Positions 1 through 12,261 of a stretch of DNA of 64,000 nt are shown here, in pieces. The translations under genes and the position numbers were made by a program. Source of the stretch: Podarcis filfolensis (lineage: Eukaryota); NCBI GenBank assembly GCA_964270895.1, contig OZ185453.1; one strand, written 5' to 3'. Every line of letters begins with the position of its first letter. Position 1 is the stretch's first letter. The notes under the pieces were generated by a model, which was not told the DNA's origin, ran no database searches, and worked only from the letters and a program-made list of their open reading frames with translations.

Positions 1-284
1 AATGGGGGGGGGGCCCAGTTTTTTTCTAAGGGTGTGGGCCCTTTTGCCTCCCATAGCATGAGGACTGAGAAATCAGCCCAGAACCCCTTGGCACTTATAG
101 CAAGAATCATGCATGTAAGGCAGTTCCATGGAGCATAGCCAAGGCCAGGCAAATTCCTCCCACCCCATTACAATTTCTGTGTTCTAGCTTTAGAGGGTAG
201 GTGCCAAACACACTGTGCTGGCAGTGGCCTGCGGGATCATGTACGCTATAAAGGATCTCTAATGAATTCTATTCCCTCCTCCAG

Positions 285-337
285 ATCACCTTGCAGAACC
301 CCCTCGTGAGCCCGAAGAGAGTGATGAATTTGAGTGA
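285..337 (+). CDS. IRAK1: Last coding exon of interleukin-1 receptor-associated kinase 1 (rest of gene lies upstream of the window)
   Basis: Acceptor ttccctcctccag|AT at 284/285, then (D)HLAEPPREPEESDEFE* with TGA at 335-337. This matches the human IRAK1 C-terminus (..GPEESDEFQS). Orientation and position relative to TMEM187/HCFC1 match Xq28 synteny. Confidence 0.72.
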
Positions 338-364
338 TGAACTTGAGTGACATGGAAGGATTAA

Positions 365-372
365 AGTTCTCA
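365..372 (+). promoter_or_regulatory. miR-146 8mer seed site (AGTTCTCA) in the IRAK1 3'UTR
   Basis: AGTTCTCA lies 28 nt after the stop. It is the complement of the miR-146a/b seed GAGAACU plus A1. IRAK1 is an established miR-146 target. Confidence 0.6.
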
Positions 373-673
373 CAGCGCTGACGGCACTTTGCGTTTTACA
401 GGGTCCCACCATCCCTTGGGGGGGTCACATTCCTTAGCTGGTACTACCAACCCTGTGGCACCCAGGGGCTCCTGGTGGAATACGGCATGAAGTTAACAAC
501 ACAGCTCAAATGGGGGGTGGCAGGGGCAATGGAGTCTATTTGAGTAGAAGATTAAAGTTTCTACCCCAAAACTGGAAGGGCAGTAGGAGGAGGGGATTTG
601 TGTAGATTTTTACCCCTATGACCCTCCCTGCAAACGTCTCCGCACTACGTACTCCTTTTTCTTGAAGACAGTA

Positions 674-679
674 AATAAA
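674..679 (+). terminator. Candidate IRAK1 polyadenylation signal
   Basis: AATAAA followed by T/GT-rich sequence (about 700-770). Confidence 0.5.
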
Positions 680-1747
680 ACATTTTATATATTTGTAACC
701 TGTCTGTATCCTTTTGGCTTACAAATTTGTACTTGGTACTGACAGAGGTCTGTTTTTTGTTTTGCTAGATTCATGTGGTATTAGGCTGAACAGCCTCTTA
801 GGATATGGCAGTTTGTGACAAGGGAGGAGGAGAAAAACCATTTTATTTTCCATGTTCCCAGTATGCTGTGAATTCCGCCTGCCTTCCTCTTCCTCCTTTA
901 CCAGGATGAGAAGATGAGACAGTCACAAAGGAAGATGGAAGCCAAAGTCTCAAATAGGATGGTCAGACAGTTGCTTATTCTCTCTTTCTGACCCTTTTAA
1001 AGTGTGTCAAAGCAAGGGTAAAGAGGTGTCTGTAGGGGCTGCAGGTGGCCAGAGTCATGATTAAGAGTTGCTTGTATTTCCCCTGGTCTCTTTACATGCA
1101 GAGCTGGCATTGGAGCAGTCAGTTGTAGCACCAGCAAGCTGCCCAACTGAATCTGCATGGTGGGCTGGCATGCTGAAACATTTTGCTGCCTGAATCAGAA
1201 AAGCCAAAGGGCAGCTGCTTCATTCTAGAATGGCACAGGACACACTGGAGACCTTTGCCTCTCTCACTCACTAGACAAATGTCTAATGATCTTATTTATC
1301 CTATTTGATTTTTCTGTATAGTCTGATTTATGAAGCATCAGTTGTGGGCCATGGTGGGAATTCATGGAGTGGCTCCAATGCCATTCTGATTTGTTAGTGG
1401 CAGGGAAGCTCAGATACTTGTGAACTGCTTTATATATGAGTTCCTGAATAGTTTGAATCTAATCACTTCACATAAAACCTAACTCTTGCAGTCATACGCT
1501 ATCTGCTGCTTGGACATTGTGGGGGACGATGCAAGTGACATGATTAGAGGATGATCTTGCTGGTGTCTCACAGCAATAAAAAATCGTATGTGCCCTGGCT
1601 GTTCAGCCATGCCTTACAAATAGGGTTGTGAAAAATGTGCTTGTGGCTGGTCTTAAAAGTAACTGTGGAACAACAGGGAAAAGTTGGTCTCTGGTAGACA
1701 GAGCCCTAAACTTGCTGTGAATAGGATCATGGGAAATGTCAATTCTA

Positions 1748-2500
1748 AATAAGAACATAAGAGCCTGCTGGGTCAGGCCAGGGAGCCATCTAGTCCAGCC
1801 TCCTGTTCTCCCAGTGGCCAACCAGGTGCCTGTGGGAAAGCAGCAAGCAGAACCTGAGCACAAGAGCATCTCTCCTCTTCTGTGGTTTCCAGCAGCTGGG
1901 ATTAATAAGCATTGCTGCCTCAATCCTGGCTAGTATCACGGAGAGCCCTCTCCTCCTCTTTTAAAGCCATCTAAGTCAATGGCCATCGCTGCCTCCTGGG
2001 GGAGCAAGTTCCATAGTCTACGCACTGTATGAAGTACTTTTTAAAAATCTGTCTTGAGTCTTCCAGCAGTCAACTTCACTGGATGTTCCCAATGAGCTCT
2101 AGTGTTATGAAGAGGGGAAAAACCTCTCTCTGTCCCCTTTCTCCCTCCTTGCATAATTGTATAAACTTTGATCATGTTGCCTCTTACTCACCTTTTCTCT
2201 AAAAAGTTCCAAATGCTGCAATCTTTCTTCATTCCATTGATCATATGGGTGGTTTTTTTGTGTGGTTTTTTTGAAACTCTTCCAAATACTACTGCATGTG
2301 GCAGTAATGAAAAGGGCAAATGCTAAGGTTGGGATTATTGGAAACAGGATTGGAAATAAAATAATAAAGGGTAGCCGTAAAAGAGTATACAATAATAATG
2401 TAGGCCCAGAGTTGCAGAGGTGTGAATGGCAATTGCTTTATCTCAACCCAAGGGATCCTTAGAGGTGAGAAGATGACTAGCAACCAATAAACTCCGTCGT
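1748..2500 (-). mobile_element. CR1 LINE 3' fragment (degraded)
   Basis: Begins taagaacataagagcctgctgggtcaggcc..ccatctagtccagc, the reverse complement of the CR1 3' tail, followed by decayed ORF2-like sequence. The right boundary is approximate. Confidence 0.55.
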
Positions 2501-2526
2501 CCAGAGGTACCCATAGTTGTCTAGCA

Positions 2527-2772
2527 CAGCGGTCAGCAAACTTTTTCAGCAGGGGACTGGTCCACTGTCCCTCAGACCTTGTGGGGGGCTGGACTATATT
2601 TTTGGGGGGGGAGGGAAGGAACAAATTCCACAAATAAGGCAGAGATGCATTTTAAATTAAAGCACACATTCTACTCACGTAAAAACACGCTGATTCCTGG
2701 ACCGTCCGCGGGCCGGATTTAGAAGGTGATTGGGCTGGATCCAGCCCCCGGGCCTTAGTTTGCCTACCCATG
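2527..2772. mobile_element. hAT (Charlie-type) MITE
   Basis: Imperfect TIRs cagcggtcagcaaact / agtttgcctacccatg. Flanks gtctagca / gtctagat are an 8-bp TSD-like pair (6/8 match) with the TCTAG core typical of Charlie targets. Confidence 0.65.
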
Positions 2773-3169
2773 GTCTAGATATGGAACAACCATTATAGCA
2801 CTGGCTTGGTACTATTTTCAAAGCTCAAAAGTGCTGCTTTGGACTTACAGGGCCTGGCCCCACCTTTCTATGGAGATTGGGAGTACAAAGATGAAGATTG
2901 TTGGGGGAGATAGCAGATCCTAGCAGCACTTGGTAAGAAAGAAAAAGAAAAGCCTCTCACTAAATAAACTCCAGAGCAGGAATACGGACCTCTTTCCCAT
3001 CTATTTCCCAAACTTACTTATGATGCCTTTATTGGTGTCAGGCTTTCTATCCTCTACAGCACAGGAAAAGGAAAAATGCGTCCTCATAAAACAGTGGTCT
3101 AAAGGGGAGGGTGCATTTTCTGGGAGATTATCCCTTGAAAGCCATATGCCAACTAAAGGCGTGCGTGCA

Positions 3170-3174
3170 CACAG

Positions 3175-3202
<28 letters not shown>
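3170..3202. repeat. (CA)n microsatellite
   Basis: Directly visible acacacac run. Confidence 0.9.
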
Positions 3203-3205
<3 letters not shown>

Positions 3206-3924
3206 TTGCCACCAGTATTGTTTATGGAGAATCTCAAGTGAGAGAAAAATAATGTGGAGCAGTGATCTTTTAACCCCCCCCCCCTCATTCACCTGTGTGA
3301 AAGCAGGCTGAGGGTGGCACAAACTTAGGCCAGAGGTTAAATTCTGGTGCCTGGCAGCCCTTTGAGACCATCACCTCCCTGATACTCCATCACAGCTTTT
3401 CAAATCAACAGCACACCTTCCTGATGGTACTATGTGTGTATGTACATACACACACACACATTATCTCTCTGTGTTTATATGTAGAGAGAGAGGTGTGAAG
3501 TTGGGTGTTTTAATAAGTGCCTCATTGCCTGCCCTGAGACTCGGTGGAGGTTGGTCCATGGGGGCAAATAGGGCTCTGGCCCAGGAACTTCAGCCTTCGA
3601 TTCCTCCCAGCCCACCTGCCTTTACTTGCAATCAGTCTAGAGGGTGTTTCTGGCTGCCACCTTCCTCCTTGGTCTCAGTGCTGCCCTTGTAGAACTAGCA
3701 GGCTGGCACTAGAATCAATGGACTCTGTTTCTACCTATTGCTTACTTATCTCCCTGTCTTCTGCCCTGCCAGTCCCAGTGGACACCAGCCTCCGCAGCTG
3801 AGACCTTTCTACTTGGGCAGGAAATAAACAGAACAAGCAACACTGTAGAAAGAAGTCCTTACCAACACCCCTGCCGGCCCTCTTGCACATGAAGAGAAGC
3901 TGGAGAAGTTTCTGTGTGCAGCTT

Positions 3925-3930
3925 TTTATT
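3925..3930 (-). terminator. Candidate TMEM187 polyadenylation signal
   Basis: tttatt on + = AATAAA on -, about 110 nt past the stop codon. Confidence 0.5.
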
Positions 3931-4039
3931 TCAGATCCAGCAATTTAAAACCCCTCTGCCATTGCAGCCATGGCTAATGTTATGTACTTTGACTGTTAAG
4001 TTTATAAAAAAAAATGGCATGTGACGATTGTGGACTAAT

Positions 4040-4885
4040 TCACTGAGACCAGAGCTGGCGCCTGCTCAGCTGGGTAAAAAAGCAGAAGGCAAAATGGAAC
4101 TGCAGCACATCGCAGATCTTGGACCAAAAGTGACCAGTAAGCCGGCGGAAAGGTGCCCATTGTGCCAGCTCCTGGTCCCACAGCTTGAGGCTTACAAAGC
4201 CCAGGCAAGAGACCAATCCTAGCACCAGGATCCAAGCCGACCGGGCATTACCCAAATGTCTCTGCGCCTTCAGTGCTCTCCAAACAATTATAAATATATG
4301 TCCACTCAATGCCAGCTCAAAGCCTTGGGGGTGAAGCAATGCCAGAACATAACTCGTCAGTGAAGCTGCTTCCATGGCCAGGAAAGTGCCTGGTTGCCAC
4401 CCGTGCTCCAGAAAGTGACACCAGACAACACCCCAAGCAAAAATTGGCAATGTCAACCACTGATCTAAGACAGCTGCCCAGTGACGCTGTGTCCAGAGTC
4501 GCACCCATTGTACAGGCCCATATGCAAGCGCCATAAGGGCAAAGACCTCCTGGAGGTAGCATGCCTGACCTCTCTCGTCACCTGAAGGCAGCCAGTGCCA
4601 GCCCAGAAAGATGTAGGCCAAGTTGACTAAACAATTGGCAGGCATAGCCAGTACGGGAGGCAATCCTGACACAGTTGGTTCAGCATAGTACTCGTACCCA
4701 ACTTCCGTGTGAACACCGTCAAAGACTCCTGAAGCCACAAGTCCCACACACAGCAGGAGACCTCCAGACACCAGCAAGAGTGGTTCTCTGCCTCCTGGTT
4801 TCCTCACAGTCCTTTCCAAAGTTCTGGAGGGTTCTTCCTGAATGACGGCCGAACTGCTCCTGCAGCAACTGTTCTGCTGTAACAT
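4040..4885 (-). CDS. TMEM187: Transmembrane protein 187 (single coding exon, 281 aa from the first in-frame ATG)
   Basis: The translation contains VGYEYYAE, LAMPANCLVNLAY, YGPVQWVRLWTQ, VLDQWLTLPIFAW, ALLHPQGFE and LTGHFWSKICDVLQFHFAF, all matching TMEM187. The track start at 4924 is a GTG; the first ATG is at 4885. The gene is head-to-head with HCFC1 as in human. Confidence 0.93.
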   Translation of the reverse strand: MLQQNSCCRSSSAVIQEEPSRTLERTVRKPGGREPLLLVSGGLLLCVGLVASGVFDGVHTEVGYEYYAEPTVSGLPPVLAMPANCLVNLAYIFLGWHWLPSGDERGQACYLQEVFALMALAYGPVQWVRLWTQRHWAAVLDQWLTLPIFAWGVVWCHFLEHGWQPGTFLAMEAASLTSYVLALLHPQGFELALSGHIFIIVWRALKAQRHLGNARSAWILVLGLVSCLGFVSLKLWDQELAQWAPFRRLTGHFWSKICDVLQFHFAFCFFTQLSRRQLWSQ

Positions 4886-5574
4886 GTTGCTTGTTTTGGC
4901 AAAAGCCTCCCAAATGCAATTCACAGGTGGTGCGAGGCAGGCTTCTGAGCCTGGTGTTTTCCTATCCCAGTGTGGACTTTGATTCTCCTTCCCCTACTAA
5001 CAGCACAAAAAAGGCGGAGTGAATGGGCATTCATGACCAAGAGGGACAGCTGTGCTCTTATCTGGCAAGTTTAATGTATTATTGGCCTTTTCTCTTCTTC
5101 ACTCCACCCCTCCCCTTTCCCCCCAGAGCAGAGATTGGTGCCTGTGTAGAACTACTTACATGCATAGGCCCTGTCGGTTTCCTTGGCAGCCGCTCCAGTC
5201 ACGCTCCTTCCAGTGAATGTGGTTATGAAACAGCTGCAGCGGCAGGATTGGCTGCTGGTGACATCACGGCACAGCGGGGGTAAGGTTGCTTCCTTCCCAA
5301 GGTCTTGTGTTTTGTAACCATGGGGACAGCAGCTGCCAGCCTCTAGGTGGTCCCTTGGGCTAGGCCTGCAAGACATCCTGTAGCTGGATCTTTACTGCAG
5401 AGGCATTGCTCCCTGCGCCTTTAAAAGAACCTCTACAGCACCCGTGTCAGTTCTTCAAAACGACATAATACAAAACAAAACAACCCACCACACAAAAGTA
5501 CCGAGTCTAAATATCATTCAGGAAGTGTTTGGTTATCAAGTTTCTTTGGATATGAGGGCAGCATTAATGAGGAA

Positions 5575-5760
5575 TGTTGTTTATTATATTTATAGCTTAC
5601 TTTTCCGCTAAGAAGCTAAAGGCAGTTTGCATTTTATCCTTGCAACAGCCCCATGAAGCAGGTTAGGTACAGGAAGAAGGTGGCTGGCCTAGAGTCGCCC
5701 AGGCAGCTTCAGGGCTGAGAGCAGCAATTTGAACCAGGGCAAGTGGATCCCTAACATTTT
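5575..5760. mobile_element. Old L2-tail/MIR-like interspersed repeat
   Basis: tttatccttgcaacagccccatgaagcaggttagg..ggcctagagtcgcccag..atttgaaccaggg resembles the common squamate L2-3' SINE-like repeat. A related copy lies at about 52455-52620. Confidence 0.4.
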
Positions 5761-6525
5761 CTCCCCTGGACCTCTTAAAAACTGCTGAGGGTCTTAATGA
5801 TTTTTCTGTAGCAACTGTAATGCGCTTTGCTAGATGCTGCATGGTTTTTAATTCTGTTTTCATTGCTTCTTTTACTTCTTAAGTACAGTGTTCTATTTAT
5901 TCTATTCCACAGAAGTCAAATTGTAGTGCAATAAAATAAGAAATAAAAGCAATAAAAATGCAATTTAAACTCATTATGAATATTTAACACAATGGATGTG
6001 TGGTCTTCCATTTTCAGTCACAAATCTAGAGACATGCAGTGGACCACCTGAATGAAGCTTGCGGGTAACAGTTTGGAAACCTCTGAACTAGAGTCTTTCT
6101 AGCCCCAATGTGTGACACACTGGCTCTCTTAGTTTAGGACATGTCCCTTTAAATGTGCAGTTTAAAGGGTGCTTTAAATGAGAGAAGGAATGAATTTTTA
6201 AGTCTTTTAAACAAATATATTCATATTTTAATTCATCATTAACAAAAAGGGAAGGGAAAACAAGAAGCATCAGACTCTGGCTGAAATCCTGTACCCAGTT
6301 TCCTGGAAGTAAGCCCTATGCAACTAAATGGGACATAGTTACATCTATAAGATGATGATCTTAAAACTATTATAACATATTCTTCAACATCTGTCATGAC
6401 TCTTTTAACCGATGAACATGTCCAAAATATCACCAAAATCTGTTTATCACCAGCCCTAGTTTTAAGATAGCCAGCCTTTACCCCCATTAAATCTACATCT
6501 CAAACAGCTCTGGAGTATTGGAATG

Positions 6526-6718
6526 CAGTGGTACCTCGAGTTAAGAATTTGTTCTGGAGGTCCATTCTTAACCTGATGTACCACTTTAGTTAATGGGGCC
6601 TCCCGCTGCTGGTGCGCGATTTCTGTTCTCATCCTGAAGCAAAGTTCTTAACCCGAGGTACTATTTCTGGGTTAGCGAAGTCTGTAACCTGAAGCGTCTG
6701 CAACCTGAGGTACCACTG
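6526..6718. mobile_element. Tc1/mariner (Tigger/pogo-like) MITE
   Basis: TIRs cagtggtacctc / gaggtaccactg with TA on the right. Same family as 12262-12494. Confidence 0.75.
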
Positions 6719-6977
6719 TAGTCACAACTTTCCCCATGCTTTTGTTAGACATATCTTTGTTGCTACTTAGAAAAGCATGTTGTTCACAAGTTATATATTT
6801 TGAAAGGTGTCCTTTGGCTGCAGAAGTCAAGCCCATGCACCACAAAACCATTGTCAATGCACTTTCGGGGGAGGGGCACCTTGCGTGAAAGGGATGCAAT
6901 AGAACTGGAAAGTATTGCACTGTGTGTGGAGCACACGACAAAAGTGTGTTCACACCATGACAAATATGAATAAAATA

Positions 6978-7691
6978 CAGTGGTGCCTCGCAAGACGAAA
7001 TTAATTCGTTCCGCAAGTTTTTTCTTCTTGCGAGTTTTTCGTCTTGCGAAGCACGGTTTCCCATAGGAATGCATTGAAAATCAATTAATGTGTTCCTATG
7101 GAGACCGCTTGCCAGGCTGGCGGTGCGGAGAAGGGCTTTTCTCCCCACCGCAAGCCTTCAGGAGAGGTACGGGAACAGAGGGGAAGGCGCGCAGCGCTTC
7201 TCCTCTGTTCCCGGGGCTTGCGGTGGGAGGAGGGTTTTTCCTCCCCACCGCCAACATTCAGAACAGCATTCTGAATGTTGGCGGTGGGAAGGAAAACCCT
7301 CCTCCCACCGCAAGTCTTCAGGACAGCCATCCGAAGGCTGCCGGTGGGGCGGAGAGACCTCCTCCCGCCGCCAGCCTTCGGAGCAGCCTTCCGAAGGCTG
7401 GCGGCGGGAGGAGGTCTCTCCGCCCCACCGCCAGCCTTCGGAGCAGCCTTCTGAAGGCTGGCGGCGGGAGGAGGTCTCTCCGCCCCACCGCCAGCCTTCG
7501 GAGGAGGTCCGAGGACAGTGGGGAAGACGCGCTGCGCTTCCCCGCTGTCCTGGAGATTTCCCTATGGGCTTTCGTCTTGCGAAGGAAGCCCATAGGGAAA
7601 TTCGTCTTGCGAAGCGCATCGAAAAACGGAAAACCCTTTCGTCTAGCGGGTTTTTTGTCTTGCGAGGCGTTCGTCTTGCGGGGCACCACTG
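6978..7691. mobile_element. Tigger/pogo-like non-autonomous DNA transposon with an internal GC-rich 60-bp minisatellite
   Basis: TA|cagtggtgcctcgcaagacgaa ... ttcgtcttgcggggcaccactg|TA. Tandem 60-bp units at 7381-7500 and an inverted unit at 7321-7380. Confidence 0.85.
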
Positions 7692-8319
7692 TACTATGTG
7701 TATAAACCCCCAAGGATGGTAACATACAGACATTTGTGACTTTCTGATTCATGTTCATTATTCAGCCCCAAACATCTTGAATGTTTACTTTAAAAATGAA
7801 AGACTGTTGGGGGACTTTAGTGTTGTGCTATTATAATTGTTTTGTCAGTGCAAGCATTTCTGTTTGTCAGATGGAATAATCCCCCTCTCCTCCCCGACTC
7901 GCTCTTCTGGGGGTTCTCTTGACCCTCCAGAGCAGATCTGTGGGAGGCCGGGAAAGTCTACTTGCATTAGCCAATGTTATTGCGCTGGCTTCCACTAGTG
8001 AGCCGGGTATAAGCCCCAGGTTTTTTCAACTTTGTTGAAAATGATATCACTTTCCCTATAAAATAGAATGGGGACTCTGTAGCCCCCCCAGATCCTCTTG
8101 GACCCCAACTTCCATCACCCCAGATAGCATGGCCAGCACTCAAAGATGATGGGAGTTGTAGTCCAGCAATGCCTGGAAAGTTGCAGGCTCCCCATCCCTG
8201 CTATAAAAAATAATTCAAGGGACTGGCCCATGACATTTAAGAAAATTCCAATTAACACTTGCTCCCCTCCCAGCAAGTGGAAAGATCAACCTAGAAAGTG
8301 TCTTCTGCAATCCCCACTG

Positions 8320-8910
8320 AAATGAGTAGCATAGAGCAGTGCACAACCTCTTGAAGGAGGCTGTTCCACTGTTGAACAGCTCTTACAGAAAGTTCTTCCT
8401 GATATTTACCGGTAGTTGGAATCTCCTTTCTTGTAACTTGAATCCATTGGTTCATGTTGTACCCTTCAGAGCAGGTAAAAACAAGCTTGCTCCATCTTCC
8501 ATGTGACAGCTCTTGAGATATCTGAAGATGCCTACCATATCTCCTATTTGCCAGGTTAAACCTACCCAGCTCTTTCAACCATTCCTCAACAGGCTTGGTT
8601 TCCAGACCCTTGATCATCTTGGTCGCCCTCATCTGCACACATTCCAACTTGTCAATATCCTTCTTAAATTGTGGCATCCAGGTGTGGTCTGACCAAGGCA
8701 GAATAGAGGAGGACTATTACTTCCCTTGATCGGGACACTAGATCTTTTTTGCTGTTGCATCGCACTGTTGATTCATGTTCAGCTTGTGGTCCACTAAGAC
8801 CCCTAGATCTCTTTCACATGTACTACTGACAAACCAGGTGTCCCCCATCTTGTATTGGTGCAGCAGCTTCTTCCTACCTAAGTGTAGAACCTTGCATTTG
8901 TCCCTCTTGA
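8320..8910 (-). mobile_element. CR1 LINE ORF2 C-terminal fragment
   Basis: Translation FKKDIDKLECVQMRATKMIKGLETKP.EE.LKELG is the typical CR1 ORF2 C-terminus. Frameshifted. Confidence 0.8.
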
Positions 8911-8928
8911 AATGTATTTAGTTAGTGG

Positions 8929-10350
8929 ACTTCTGGGGAGGAACCATGGTGGATTAAATGTATCCTGTTGAAACTCCATCGACAGAGATAGTTATGTAGT
9001 GACTGATGACAGCCAAGCCATAAATCTAGGTTATTGAATTATCTCCGAATAATAGACACAACAGGGATTAACTTCCAGTGCTCTGAAAAGGCTGCTTTCT
9101 CACTGAGGGACAAAGAAACTTTCAAGAGACTCAGATGGGGTGAGTGACTGAGAACAGAAGAACCGTAATCTTGCCCAAACACCGCATAATAGCCCTAAGG
9201 GTCAATCCTTAGGGCAAAGATTGACTAAACCTCTCTTTCTTCAATTAATTCTGAATCTGCTATAAATTATCACTGAGACTATCTCTCTGCCAGTTAAAAT
9301 GTACATCTGAAATATGACCTAACTGCTGTCTTAAGATGAGATGGCACTAAGGGGATGAAAACAAAACAAAAATTATGGTTTAAGCATACATATCTAAGAA
9401 AGATTCTAAACAGCTAAGAGGCGATCCAAGTTTCAGGAATTTTCATTTAATTTTGTTCTATTTTTAATCCTCCACTTCACTGGTGAATGTGCTGATTATA
9501 ACATGAAACTACATGTTATAATCATGTGTTGCTGTGAGATAGGAATGCTAGAAATGTATTTCTGATAAGCAAGGACTGTGTGGATCTTAGAGAAAGCACT
9601 CAGTATGATGAAATACTGGAAAAAAAACTCCACTGACTGTTGGTTTCATGCAGCAACTACTGAATGAGCAATTGAAAGAGCTCAGAGCGGAGATGCATAA
9701 AATGGTGACTAAAAATGGAATGGACAAAGCTGAGGCTGAAGAAGCCACAGAGTGTTTTGGGGGAAAATACTGATGGAGGATTGCCAGAACAGGAGAATGG
9801 AATGGCAAAGCTGGAGGTAGTAGATGATGAAATGGAGAGGACCTCCACACAGGTGCCTGGATGAGTGAAACAGCCAAATGATGAAATTATGATGTTGGAG
9901 GAGTAGAATGAAACCATGGACAGAGAGATTAAGAAATACCCAGAGCTGGAAGAGACATTGATGAGAAAGAAAAGACTCTGCATATAATTTGGAGTGAAAT
10001 TAAGAGGGGGAAAGCTCCTAAGCCTCTGGCAACACTTTTGGAAAAAGAATGGAAGAGGAAATGGAAGCCATCAAAAAAGAAGATGGAAAACCTAAGCCAA
10101 CAGGAAATGGGATTGGAAGAGATGGATCTGGGTGTGAATTGGGGAATATACAATAAGTAAATAACTATGGATTACTGGGTCAATATATGAATGCAGAGAA
10201 GAGACTTCTGGGGGAATAAAAATCAAGGATTTATTGTTTCTCAATATTGGATGTAAAGTCGTTATGTTGGATTGGGGAAACAATATTGTTGACTTTTACC
10301 GATAATAGTAATTGGAAAACCTCTTTTAGACTTTTTGTGTGGAAGGGAAA
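8929..10350 (+). mobile_element. Degraded, internally deleted L1/Tx1-clade LINE remnant
   Basis: Strongly purine-rich + strand. Coiled-coil ORF1-like peptide (QQLLNEQLKELRAEMHKM) near 9650 and a KEWK-type ORF2 tail near 10045. Family assignment and boundaries are uncertain. Confidence 0.4.
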
Positions 10351-10589
10351 ATGAATGAGCTTGCAATACCTGGACTTGAAAACTGGAAAAACATTGCCTA
10401 GCAGAAGGAGAAACAGCTGAACAGTTTTGTTTTTTTATGTTCTCTGATCTGGGTTAATGAGGGGACTGCACACAGGTGGAGGTGATGGGTGGTTGGTGAA
10501 GGACCCTGTGTGAGAGGCAGGGAAAGGAAGATTTCCCAAGATGGGAGGCTGGGAGAAGAAACAGAAGCTCCCAGGTAACAGCTGGGAGG

Positions 10590-11640
10590 GTTCACCTCTT
10601 TCTGTGTGGGACAAGAGCTAAGATCTACCTGTGAGAAATGAGATTCATCCGGCATGACTTGCTGTAGGATGCAGTGCCATGAGTAGAATTTCCCCAGATG
10701 AGCAAAGTGATCTTGCAGTCTTCCAGGCAACCTGGTCCCAAGTTGTACAGGGTTTTATTTGTTAACAAGACCCCAAATATAGCCCGGTAGCTGATCAGCA
10801 ACCAGTGCAGTTCCCTCAGTGCACATGTATGTGTGTGCAGGTATTCCACTCAACCTCACTGCAGCATTGTGCACCAATAGCACAGAAAGACCGGAATAGA
10901 GTGCATTACAGTAGTCCAGTTGTGAGGACTATTACATGAATCACAGTGACTAAGCTATCCCTGTTGAAGAAATGGTACAACTGGCATACCAGCCTAAGGT
11001 GATAATAGGCATTCCATGTCACAGAGGTCACCTGAGCATGGCAGGAGATCAATTTAGTAACACCATCGTATTATGGGCCTGTTCCTCCAGAGGGCATGCA
11101 ACTCCATCCAGAACAGGTGAACTCCTTGGGCGTGGGAACCGCTTACCCCCAGTGTCTCCATCTCACCAGGATTCAGCCTCAGCTTGTTGGCCCTCACAGT
11201 GTCTCACTGCATCCAGGCACTGGTTTAAAACAGTCACAGCCTCTCCCGGTTCAGATGTTATGGAGAAACAGAGGTGGGTGTCATCAGCATACAGATGACA
11301 CTGCACCCCAAATCTCCTAATGACTGCTTCCAACAGCTTCAAATCAATATTAAACAGAACAGGGCTTTGCCTTTGTGCATCAAGCATGTTCAGATGGGGG
11401 ACAAGAGATCATCTCTCACTGCTACTGGGGTGCTTCTCCCTGTATCTGTTCTCATGCCCAATTGCCACCTGCTACCCAGGAAACTGCCACAGCTGCAGGG
11501 TTTGATATGCCTCAGCATCCACTTCCCACCCCACAAACTAGGGCAGGAAACCCACAGCTGCAGAGATGGGTTAGCAAAACTGGAGGTAGGTCAAGGAGGC
11601 CTCACCTCACCACTACCTGAGGCTCAGCTTAACCTTTTCT
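10590..11640 (-). mobile_element. L2 LINE fragment (RT and 3' ORF2, decayed)
   Basis: LFNI..CHLYADDTHL (RT YADD motif) at about 11260-11360, and LRELHWL..YR....L..K.L..LGP..L at about 10730-10830. Confidence 0.8.
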
Positions 11641-12261
11641 CTAGCCTTGCTCCTGTGTTTGTAACTGCTGTCTGACATTTAAAAGAAAGCTTTGCCTACT
11701 GAAGCACTGTGTACCAGGTGCAGTAAAACAAAAATACAAAATTTAGCAACCTTTGAGGGCAATATGGCAATTCAGAAATGCTGTGTGGGTATGCACTGGG
11801 CAGCTGCACATGGATTCCTAATCTCTCTGTAAGACTCAGTGCCCAGCATTCTGTCACAGCATGACTATGAACCTTGAACCTCCACATGGGCCTATGCAGA
11901 CACAAGAACCTCAGTGGCATTCTCCAGTGTGCCTTTTGGCTTTCTCCTATATAAAGGAACAATTGCCAATTTCTGCTATGAGGAAAGAGTAAGACACCCA
12001 AGGATACGATTGTTGTGAGAACAAACACCTGCCCTCCAGCCCTGGCTCTCGGTGGCTTTGCCCTCATTTACAGAGACCTGCAGGAGGGACTGCAGCCTCT
12101 CATGACTTTGCAGCAAAGAAGCTCTCGGACCATCCTCACACTTAACGCTCATTTTGCCAAGTACTGTGGTTTTTTAGCATCTGAAACTAGCAGGTGTTGA
12201 AACTGATTGAACTCCCCTTCTGCCTTTCTTGCTATTTCTTTTGTAATGGTTTTTAAACATA

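Noticed and set aside
7085-7758. Overlapping repetitive ORFs and a regularly spaced repeat (CRISPR-like at first glance)
   Set aside because: Internal minisatellite of a TIR element with no unique spacers; the DNA is vertebrate.
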